A DNA stretch of 64,000 nucleotides from a virus: the IMG/VR virus record IMGVR_UViG_3300027832_000016, positions 3,802 through 67,801 of that record; one strand, given 5' to 3'. The notes beneath the pieces are model-generated. The model searched no databases and was not told the DNA's origin. It saw nothing but the letters and a program-made list of their open reading frames with translations. Every line of letters starts with the position of its first letter. Positions within the stretch are counted from its first letter, which is position 1. Shown here in pieces: positions 1-7,899 of this stretch. Both the position numbers and the translations under genes were made by a program.

Positions 1-111
1 GCCACCCCTCCAAGCCCAAGAAGCAAACTTTGGCCCCGTTATGATAGATTTGAACGGTCATCATTGAAAACCGCAATTCTTGAAGAAATTAACAAAAACT
101 TGGTTGAGTAA
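1..111 (+). CDS. 3' end of a hypothetical protein truncated by the window edge
   Basis: Frame 1 is open from base 1 to TAA at 109-111 (...LKTAILEEINKNLVE*). Confidence 0.45.
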   Translation, partial: ATPPSPRSKLWPRYDRFERSSLKTAILEEINKNLVE

Positions 112-227
112 TTGGCATAAGTCGGGACTAGAGTTTTGGCGTAAATCACTTTTGGCATGTCGCTACTGCCGCGCTGTAACAGTGATACACTAAAGTTACC
201 CCTCGCGGTGCTTAGGCTACGCGATTC

Positions 228-269
228 AACTGTCCGTCGCTAGGTTTCCTAGGGCGGGCGGTTTTGTTT
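228..269 (+). terminator. Intrinsic terminator-like hairpin
   Basis: AACTGTCCGTCGCTAGG-ttt-CCTAGGGCGGGCGGTT stem (with G-U pairs) followed by a T-rich tract. Confidence 0.55.
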
Positions 270-293
270 GAAACCTGATATGGTGGCGGGACA

Positions 294-358
294 AGGCGCA
301 TAGCAGGTTTGCCTCTCCGAGTATCGGTAGGGTTTGGGTTCGAGTCCTAATGCGTCTA
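294..358 (+). ncRNA. tRNA-like RNA with intact acceptor stem and T-arm but aberrant D and anticodon arms
   Basis: AGGCGCA/TGCGTCT 7-bp stem plus discriminator A; TTGGG-TTCGAGT-CCTAA T-arm; TA at positions 8-9; only 65 nt. Confidence 0.55.
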
Positions 359-561
359 CGGCGGGTGGCGGGGTGCGGGGCTCTTTATGGGCCACGGTCT
401 AGACCCCGCCACCCCAACCCAATTCCCTCCCATTTAGATGCTAATCCCATTCTATTAGGGGTACCCTCCTCTTTAGTGAGAGCACCCTACAGCCATATGA
501 GAGTGGCGATTCCATCTCATATAGATATAGAATCGCCGCCGCGTTATTCTAATATGCTCCA

Positions 562-612
562 AAAGAGGGGGGGGTCTAGAGGCAAAAATGTAACAAAGAG
601 GGGGGGGTCTAG
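562..612. repeat. Direct repeat AAAGAGGGGGGGGTCTAG x2
   Basis: Identical copies at 562-579 and 595-612. Confidence 0.8.
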
Positions 613-942
613 GAACATCCAAAGTACAGTAGCGTTTATCCAGCCCAAACCCAAGAAACACAACGGGTTTATGACAATTTACTAATTGCCGCTTTGTGTA
701 GGGTGTAAGGTCTGGGGTGTAAGGTGTAAGGTCGTTGTCAGTGACACGTCTTATCCGCTAACAGGGTACGTCGAACGTGTATAAGTGTAAATAGGGTTAA
801 CCTTATTGCGCCAATACTATACCCAGATGTTTAGATTGGGTCCTGAATAGCAAACTGTAGCAACATTTTGACACACTTCCTAATCAACTGTCACTTAGAC
901 CCCTACTTCCCCGCATAGTCACTAATTAGGGGTTGGCATGCC

Positions 943-1031
943 AGCCCGAAAAGGTAGCGTAGAGCAGCCCGAAATGGATTCCTTTACCTACTTTGCAGTA
1001 GACTACCGTCGAGTAGACAAGCCCGAAACGG
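943..1031. repeat. AGCCCGAAANGG x3
   Basis: Copies at 943-954, 966-977 and 1020-1031. Confidence 0.75.
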
Positions 1032-1385
1032 ACGAATTGGAGCCTAGTGAGCGGGCCGATGGTAGTGTAGCGCCCCAATATATATATATACAATCAGGTA
1101 TAGCGTTTAGATAAGAATAATGTATCTATTGAATCCACCAATATACCCAAACTAAACGCCACGTTTCTTTTGGGCAACTATATGGCAATTCCTAATACAT
1201 CAACGTCGCACTGCTATATATCATTTCACTGAGGTATTAATGCGGATTCAAGTTTGTATTACTAGACTTTGTGATGCTTATACCATACAAAAATAAAAAG
1301 TATCTTAAACCATATGGTTTGGCACAGGTTGGCACAATCCCGCCATACTGGCGTGGTAACTGGCGGGATTTGGCCCAAGTTACTA

Positions 1386-1410
1386 ACTGTCTCAGAGGGA
1401 CTGAGACAGT
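1386..1410. repeat. Perfect 10-bp inverted repeat
   Basis: ACTGTCTCAG-aggga-CTGAGACAGT. Confidence 0.8.
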
Positions 1411-1482
1411 ACTAAGAAGTCTACTCGGAAGTTATTCGCAACTGGAGGGTCTAACAATTCGAGATTGGAGGGGCAATACGCA

Positions 1483-1540
1483 AGTTTGCAGGACATCTAT
1501 ACCCCAGTTTGCGGGACTTTTACACCCCAGATTGTGGAAC
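1483..1540. repeat. Degenerate tandem repeat with 23-bp period
   Basis: AGTTTGCAGGACATCTATACCCC / AGTTTGCGGGACTTTTACACCCC / AGATTGTGGAAC starting at 1483, 1506 and 1529. Confidence 0.65.
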
Positions 1541-2391
1541 CTGAAACACGCAATTCGAGGGCCTCTACGTGCGCAACGCGAGGGGTCGGGTTTCAGTTGT
1601 CTACATTTTGTCGATAACTGAACTGCCAGTATTATGGCGAAAATCGCCCTAAAACGCTAAAGCATTATCAGTTGTTGCTTAAATGACAACATGTGCGGAA
1701 TAGTTATCACTTGTGCAGTATTTCGCACGGAGTTCAGTATTTAAACCAACGGTCACAGCCTGTAGCACCCTGAAGAATGTACCCCTAAACGGGCATGCCA
1801 CCATGAGGAACGTAGGGTTGGTAGATTCGACCCCCTTCCTTCTGACAGTTTGAATCAGCGTTCGGTCGTCGGTGAATGGCGAACGCTTGCGCATGGTATC
1901 TAAAAGTGATGTAGTTGGAGAGTGGTTCCCCGCCTAAACCCAAAAAACACAACGGGCGTGAGAGGTTTCCGTAGCAATAACCTCGCACATTGTTAAACGC
2001 GACTACTGCCCCTATGGGTGCGTTTGTAACTTTTACCGCGACCAAAGCCGTCCAACGGCTCTGAAAGCAACCATCACGCCAAATACAGTACCGAAATGTC
2101 ACTAAAAATGGGCTGAAAAGCAACCGTTGCGTCAGTTCTATGTCGTCTTGAGTTGATTGTGGCTACAAACTGCTCAACGGAACCGCCACATACTGCTCAC
2201 TCAAACCGCCCCAAACTGCCCACTGTGTCATGAGTGCGTCCGTACACATTATGACTATGGGTGCTATCGCTCACATTATGGTTGATGCTTATGATAATCA
2301 GGTTAATGCCCACATTTACGGGCGATAATACCTAGATGTCTCCGTGTCCATAAAATGAGACCAGTATTTTTGTTGTGGGATAATTGTTACG

Positions 2392-3708
2392 ATGCGCAAA
2401 AAACCGAACACTCGCTGGATGATTATTGCGCCAGCCATATTCTTTGCGATATTGCCACAGCAGGCACACGCGGCTGATGCACTAGTTAACCCCAACTTCG
2501 CCTTTGATGGTGGCGGTTGGGACGGTGCGAGATTCACCGGCACGGGCAATGACGCCTGCGCGGGTGGAGAGGCGAACATTGGCACATGGACAGTCAACGC
2601 ATTATCTTTCTCATACGTCTTGAAAACGGTGGCTCAGACAGTCACCATCTCTACCCCGTCTACGGTATCTTTTACATGGTCGTCCCAAAACCGTAGTGAT
2701 GCCTCGGGGGCGACAGCGACAGTCACGCTTGCCGATGCCGACCAAAGTTTGAGTTCGGGCTCGTTTATCTCATCTATAAGCGGTCAATCAGGGAGCATTG
2801 GTCCTATTGAAACGACAACCAATGACGAGGTCGTGACAATCAACATTTCGGGTAAAGATAGTGTCGGATGGGCTGGTTGTTACGGGACGCAATTTACTGT
2901 AAGTGCGCTAGATGTAGTACCTGTTAGCCCTCCGACTACAATTACAACAACTACTACATCTACTACCGTTCCTGAGACTACTACGACTGTCCCTGAAACA
3001 ACTACTACAACTACTCAGCCCCCCGAGACTACGACTTCAACATCCACAACGACAGAGACAACATCATTACCCCCAGAAACAACCACAACTCCGGTCGCCA
3101 CAACAACCACAGTAGAAACAGTCCCCCCAACCACAACAACGACCACAACAACGACAGAAGTCCCAACAACGACAACATCCGAGCCTCCTCCGATTCCAAT
3201 AGATACAACTTCTACTATACCTAAGCCACCTGTCACAATAGTACCGACCTCGGTACTATTAACGACAACCACGGAAACTTTACCACTATTGGTAAACACT
3301 TCAACAACGCCCGTATCCGTTGAGATACCCCCTACGACCACCACTTCCCCCGCCGTAGTGGCGGCGCTTGCTGTGACTGAAGGCCAGACAGTAACCCCAG
3401 CCGAAGCCGTAGCCCTTATCAATAACCCGAACCTTGCCGAACTACCAGCCGCCCAAATAGCAGCAGTCTTCCAAGCCATTGATGAAAGCACCCTTACTAC
3501 TCAAGACATTGTTGCTATCACCGAATCCTTGGTAACCGCCCCAACAAATGTTAAAGAGGCGTTTGAAAAGGAAGTGGACATATTCAAATCAGGTTTTGAC
3601 GATTATGTGCCAACAGGGTCAAACATTCCTGTCGGTCAACGTCGGACACTCGTAGCCATAGGTGCGGTACTCGTCGCTATGCCGTCTGGTAAAATTAGAC
3701 GTAAATGA
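2392..3708 (+). CDS. Secreted/membrane-anchored Thr-Pro-rich (mucin-like) surface protein
   Basis: Signal peptide with AHA-A cleavage site, beta-sandwich-like N-domain, long T/P/E/V linker, helical domain, C-terminal hydrophobic segment plus KIRRK. Confidence 0.8.
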   Translation: MRKKPNTRWMIIAPAIFFAILPQQAHAADALVNPNFAFDGGGWDGARFTGTGNDACAGGEANIGTWTVNALSFSYVLKTVAQTVTISTPSTVSFTWSSQNRSDASGATATVTLADADQSLSSGSFISSISGQSGSIGPIETTTNDEVVTINISGKDSVGWAGCYGTQFTVSALDVVPVSPPTTITTTTTSTTVPETTTTVPETTTTTTQPPETTTSTSTTTETTSLPPETTTTPVATTTTVETVPPTTTTTTTTTEVPTTTTSEPPPIPIDTTSTIPKPPVTIVPTSVLLTTTTETLPLLVNTSTTPVSVEIPPTTTTSPAVVAALAVTEGQTVTPAEAVALINNPNLAELPAAQIAAVFQAIDESTLTTQDIVAITESLVTAPTNVKEAFEKEVDIFKSGFDDYVPTGSNIPVGQRRTLVAIGAVLVAMPSGKIRRK

Positions 3709-3872
3709 AGCGTCTCGCCAACTACATCCTAGAGAACTCTTGGACATGGGCTGGTACCGCCATGGTTCTAATCACCTTGTCGGGCCCAACATTCAAGCAG
3801 GCGCTAGTAATTACGGGTGTTGTGGTAGCGGTACACTTGTCTATATCCCTCACACAAGGGGACTCAACCTAG
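3705..3872 (+). CDS. Small two-TM membrane protein (55 aa, not in the ORF track)
   Basis: ATGA overlap with the previous stop; MKRLANYILENSWTWAGTAMVLITLSGPTFKQALVITGVVVAVHLSISLTQGDST. Confidence 0.7.
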   Translation: MKRLANYILENSWTWAGTAMVLITLSGPTFKQALVITGVVVAVHLSISLTQGDST

Positions 3873-3908
3873 TATAAACTAGGCACACTACAGACTTTAA
3901 GGAGTAAT

Positions 3909-4238
3909 ATGCCACAGGCGTACAAAGTTCTCGCGCAATCCGCCCCATCTGCAACAACCAGTACTGATTTGCTGACTGTAGGGGGCGGGAAATCAATCGT
4001 ATCTTCGACGTTGTCGGTGTGCAACAGAGGTTCAACCTCGGCTACTTACAGGGTGTCTGTACGTCCAGCAGGGGCTTCTTTGGACAACCTGCACTATGTC
4101 ATCTACGACGCTGCCATTATGGGCAATGACACGGTTACCTTGTCCCTAGGTGTCACTCTGGCTGCTACGGGTATAGTGTCTATCTACGCATCCAACGGCA
4201 ACCTCTCCTTCTCGCTGTTTGGGGTAGAACTTTCGTGA
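3909..4238 (+). CDS. Putative virion/tail-fibre accessory beta-sandwich protein
   Basis: AAGGAG RBS; beta-rich, YKVLAQSAPSATT...SFSLFGVEL pattern typical of phage fibre-associated proteins. Confidence 0.6.
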   Translation: MPQAYKVLAQSAPSATTSTDLLTVGGGKSIVSSTLSVCNRGSTSATYRVSVRPAGASLDNLHYVIYDAAIMGNDTVTLSLGVTLAATGIVSIYASNGNLSFSLFGVELS

Positions 4239-4597
4239 TTAGACGCCTTAGCGAAAATAGTTCCTCACGAAACTTAGTGGGCTTTAACTCAACGATTAAC
4301 GCCCAAGTTGGGACCACCTACACCCTTGTCTACAATGACTTGGGAAAGGTTGTTGAGTTAAACAATTCCAGTAGCATAACCGTTACCGTCCCAGCCGACA
4401 CTACAGGGTCTTTTAACATTGGGGACAGGGTTGATCTCCTTCAAACGGGAACTGGCCAGGTGTCTATTGCTCATGCGGGGGGTGTCACTCTCAATAGTCA
4501 TGACACACAAAGAAAACTTACTGGCATATGGGCTGCGGCTACGTTGATTAAACGCGCTGCTAATAGTTGGGTGCTTGTCGGAAACATAAGCCTCTAG
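4235..4597 (+). CDS. Putative tail-fibre C-terminal-type domain protein
   Basis: INAQVGTTYTLVYND-GK...ITVTVP...Q-GTGQV...WVLVGN pattern common at phage fibre tips. Confidence 0.65.
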   Translation: MIRRLSENSSSRNLVGFNSTINAQVGTTYTLVYNDLGKVVELNNSSSITVTVPADTTGSFNIGDRVDLLQTGTGQVSIAHAGGVTLNSHDTQRKLTGIWAAATLIKRAANSWVLVGNISL

Positions 4598-4600
4598 CCC

Positions 4601-5800
4601 ATGATTACTGGGGTTATAGACTCAGCAGGTAAAGCAATAAGGTCTGCATTTACCGACGATTTTACTAGGGCGGATAGTTCGGATATAACCACATCTGCTA
4701 TTAGGTGGCAAGAACTTACTGGAGACTGGACAATTTTGTCCAATAGCCTTTCAACAGGTACAGCACCATCGTCTAACCCAATGGCTGTAGTACGAACAAA
4801 CACATATAATGCTGATGTACAAGTTGGGAAGGGTGCGTCTGGTTTTGGATGGGGCGTTGCTTTCTGGGCCCATGACTCTGACAACTGGTATGCCGCCGTT
4901 ACAGACATGACATCATCTGTTGGGTATTCCTGTCCAAGCGGTGGAACTCTTAGTGGCACCAACTGTGTGTACCCAAGCACATATGCTGCTACTGCTTCAA
5001 CATCTTATTCTTGCCCAAGCGGAGGAACCAGCGATGGTGCTGGAACTTGCGTTAGAACCTGCTGGAACACCTGTGGTGGTGAGTGTAATGGTTATGCACA
5101 AGGTGATTGTGGGTGTGCGAACTGTTGGAGGCCTAATGCGCAGGCTTATGTTCTAGGAGGTAGTACTATAACCTGCTACTACAACATATATCGTGGGTGG
5201 TGGGCATTCGACTTCTCTGTGGGTAGTACATGTGACCCTGCGTATGGTGGCCCAGGCGGATTCCTCGGTACATACGGGGTAGAAGGGTATGGTTGTTACG
5301 CCCTATATCAACCAATTACTAACCAAGACCAGTGCTGTGGGTGGTTACAGGGTCCATGTAACTCGTGGACAGCAACCTACTCTTGCGAGCCCTATGCTTG
5401 CAACTATGGTGCCACTGCCACAGTTGCATACTCTTGCCCAAGTGGTGGGTCAGTTAGTGGGGCGAATTGTGTCTACCCATCTAACTACTCCGCTACATCA
5501 ACTACAAATTACAACCATGTAATTACACTGAAGAAGGCAGTGGCTGGAACGGTGTCTACTGTGTCCACCAGCAACACAATTTCTACCACATCATCTTCAG
5601 CAAGGGCTTCTTATGTGCGGGCAATTACCAATGGAACTGGTATCTCTATTACGGCCCCAATGGACAACGCCACTGGTACTATGACAATTAACATTACAGA
5701 AGCAGGGGCTAAACGCGCCAAGAAGCAGGGAGTTGCGCTATCATCAGTTACTGCAACAGCAGCAACAACGGTGGATAACTACTCATACGCACCATATTAA
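4601..5800 (+). CDS. Cys-rich putative tail fibre/receptor-binding protein
   Basis: FTDDFTRAD lectin-like start, central insert with 20 Cys and three YSCPSGG repeats. Confidence 0.65.
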   Translation: MITGVIDSAGKAIRSAFTDDFTRADSSDITTSAIRWQELTGDWTILSNSLSTGTAPSSNPMAVVRTNTYNADVQVGKGASGFGWGVAFWAHDSDNWYAAVTDMTSSVGYSCPSGGTLSGTNCVYPSTYAATASTSYSCPSGGTSDGAGTCVRTCWNTCGGECNGYAQGDCGCANCWRPNAQAYVLGGSTITCYYNIYRGWWAFDFSVGSTCDPAYGGPGGFLGTYGVEGYGCYALYQPITNQDQCCGWLQGPCNSWTATYSCEPYACNYGATATVAYSCPSGGSVSGANCVYPSNYSATSTTNYNHVITLKKAVAGTVSTVSTSNTISTTSSSARASYVRAITNGTGISITAPMDNATGTMTINITEAGAKRAKKQGVALSSVTATAATTVDNYSYAPY

Positions 5801-5815
5801 CAACAAGGAGAAATA

Positions 5816-6130
5816 ATGGAATACACGTTAATATCAACATCCAATGGCCCGGTAATAAACATTCCTGGTGGTCATGTGGTGATTGTGGATACACAAGACA
5901 TGATTGCCTTAGCCGAAGAGGGCGATGACTTCCTAAACCAGATGGAGAAGCACATCGCCACTGAAGCACAGGCGGCAATGACTGCTTTTTTGGAGGGCTT
6001 TTCGGCAAACATGCACATGATGCCTGCAAAGATGTATGCATATGTTAATGCCGCTCAACAGTTCTTACAATTTAGGAACTCCAGTTGGGCGCAATACATA
6101 CACCAACGGGACAACCAACCCCATGCCTGA
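5816..6130 (+). CDS. Hypothetical protein
   Basis: AAGGAG RBS, in operon. Confidence 0.7.
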   Translation: MEYTLISTSNGPVINIPGGHVVIVDTQDMIALAEEGDDFLNQMEKHIATEAQAAMTAFLEGFSANMHMMPAKMYAYVNAAQQFLQFRNSSWAQYIHQRDNQPHA

Positions 6131-6281
6131 TTCCGTAAAACTAAACCAAAGCGAGCGTTGGGCCATCTGTCAGGACTGCCCACGTTTCTTTAAGCCGACT
6201 GGAACGTGCAAAGAATGTGGGTGTTTCATGAGGCTTAAGACACGTATACCGTCGGCAGTGTGCCCAATAGCCAAGTGGTAG
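6123..6281 (+). CDS. Small Cys-cluster protein (DUF6171-like)
   Basis: R-x2-ICxxCP...CKECGCFM-x2-K...CPIAKW motif. Confidence 0.7.
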   Translation: MPDSVKLNQSERWAICQDCPRFFKPTGTCKECGCFMRLKTRIPSAVCPIAKW

Positions 6282-6380
6282 ACTCCACTATGAGTTTAAA
6301 CGCCCCACATAGGCCTCTAGGAGCCTCTCAGAGCCCCGCAAATCAAGATATAGTAGTAACCTACCCCTAGGAGCATATTC

Positions 6381-7091
6381 ATGGCTAAATCACGAGGGCT
6401 TGGCTCCGCAGGGCGTGACCGCGTCAAGCACAACCTTGCGGGTGGTGGGGTTGGTGGGGAACTAACTACCCAAACACAGGCCGATAGGGATGCTGGAAAT
6501 GCCCCTCCTGGGGATGGTGGACGTGGTTCTGCCTTTGACGCCTTTGACGCCTGGCATGCTAAAAGCCCACAGTCTGCGCGGGACATTCAAGGGGTAAGGG
6601 ATAAGAACCCAGCACACCTTGGTGAAAACACTGCGGGAACTGACAGCACCAGAGTAACTACTGCCCAATACTTCTTTGACGCTGGAAGTGGGATGGGTAA
6701 GATGTATGTCACATTCCGTCGAGCAAGTCATCAATATGTCTACCACAGTGTTCCTGTTTACGCCGCAGTTCACTTTTATGATGCCTTGTCTAAGGGCAAA
6801 ACAATTGGTCCTAGAAATGGTTTAGAGAAGTACGGGTACTACAGAGCCAGTGGTAACGAAGGTGGGGTTTACTTCGCGGGCGGAGAAGGTACAGAACTTG
6901 GTAAGAGATTACAAGGTGGAACTGTACTAAATCAGGCTCCGCAACCGTTTGGTCCTAGTGGGGTAGATGATATGACAGATAAGAATATGCCTTCTACTGG
7001 CCGCAAAAAGTCTAACCTTGATCCATACACTGGTGGGGCTATCCCACCACGCTCACGACCTGGACTGGGACGTAAACCTACGTTTGAGTAA
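6381..7091 (+). CDS. KTSC-like domain protein with disordered ends
   Basis: MYVTF...YVYHSVP...F-x2-A-SKG motif of KTSC domains. Confidence 0.6.
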   Translation: MAKSRGLGSAGRDRVKHNLAGGGVGGELTTQTQADRDAGNAPPGDGGRGSAFDAFDAWHAKSPQSARDIQGVRDKNPAHLGENTAGTDSTRVTTAQYFFDAGSGMGKMYVTFRRASHQYVYHSVPVYAAVHFYDALSKGKTIGPRNGLEKYGYYRASGNEGGVYFAGGEGTELGKRLQGGTVLNQAPQPFGPSGVDDMTDKNMPSTGRKKSNLDPYTGGAIPPRSRPGLGRKPTFE

Positions 7092-7108
7092 CGTTGTAGT
7101 ATACGCAC

Positions 7109-7384
7109 ATGGGCTTGAACATTGTGTACGGGTTCTACAAGTTTTATTGGATTGTTAGGGATACTGCTAAACCAACAACACCTAGGGTATGTATTGGGTG
7201 GGTGCATGAGTTGGGGGGCTATTGGCGGAAGGGAAAGGGCCCCCAAATTAAACTTAGTAGATATATCCTTCAGTTTGGTGTATGCTCAAAAACAACTGTG
7301 GCAAGCGAGGATGATGGATATCTGGCAGCAGTTGAGGGTAGAGTGATGGACACAACAACAAGGGAAATTTCAGCGTGGCACTAG
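7109..7384 (+). CDS. Hypothetical protein
   Basis: ORF with a -10 hexamer 6 nt upstream of ATG. Confidence 0.65.
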   Translation: MGLNIVYGFYKFYWIVRDTAKPTTPRVCIGWVHELGGYWRKGKGPQIKLSRYILQFGVCSKTTVASEDDGYLAAVEGRVMDTTTREISAWH

Positions 7385-7397
7385 ACGAGGAGACAAA

Positions 7398-7640
7398 TTG
7401 AAGTTATTCAAGAAAGACACTACAGAAACTCTTACTGGTTTGCCTAAGAGTAGGGCACAGCAGAGGGCAGCAAAATTAGACAATTCATCCTTGTGTGTGT
7501 GGATGGATAACACTATAATGCAACTAGGAACAACCTTTGACTCTTGGAGATACCATGATGCTCCATCAAGTGAGGTTGCAGACTGCATAGAAGCATTAGC
7601 CGTAATATGGGAAGAACTAGACAAAAGGAAGACAACATGA
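7398..7640 (+). CDS. Hypothetical protein
   Basis: GAGGAG RBS, TTG start. Confidence 0.65.
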   Translation: MKLFKKDTTETLTGLPKSRAQQRAAKLDNSSLCVWMDNTIMQLGTTFDSWRYHDAPSSEVADCIEALAVIWEELDKRKTT

Positions 7641-7879
7641 ACGAAATGCGCTCAAAAGAAGAACTTAAGATGGATGCCACTATTGACTTCATGCGCCTTC
7701 TAGCATTCAGAATTGGGGCTTACCCAAAGCATAAGTTGCTTACCAGAATTGAGTATAAGTTAGTCGCGGACACAAATGATCTGGCTGACTTTCTCTACTG
7801 TGTAGAAAAGTTATTAGACGAACTTACTGCTCTAGCCCCACCACCAAAAGTGAACCCAGACCAGTTAACACTGTTTTAA
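7637..7879 (+). CDS. Hypothetical protein ending in QLTLF (beta-clamp-binding-like motif)
   Basis: ATGA coupling; C-terminal DQLTLF matches the QL[S/D]LF consensus. Confidence 0.65.
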   Translation: MNEMRSKEELKMDATIDFMRLLAFRIGAYPKHKLLTRIEYKLVADTNDLADFLYCVEKLLDELTALAPPPKVNPDQLTLF

Positions 7880-7899
7880 TATCAGTGTAGTCTTAGGGT

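Noticed and set aside
294-358. Canonical tRNA-Tyr(GTA)
   Set aside because: No 7-nt anticodon loop with U33, D-arm truncated, no variable arm; reported as tRNA-like instead
1768-1835. Hammerhead ribozyme (CTGAAGA core followed by a stem)
   Set aside because: The required GAAA after stem II is absent
350-2123. ORFs 350..685, 1271..1621, 1679..1894 and 1785..2123
   Set aside because: No RBS, atypical composition, overlap with repeats and hairpins; probably spurious
420-2390. CRISPR mini-array among the short repeats
   Set aside because: Repeats are short (about 9-23 bp), with 2-3 copies and irregular or tandem spacing, and lack unique ~30-40 bp spacers
4601-5800. Diversity-generating retroelement acting on the Cys-rich fibre
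   Set aside because: No reverse transcriptase and no template/variable repeat pair differing at adenines seen in the window
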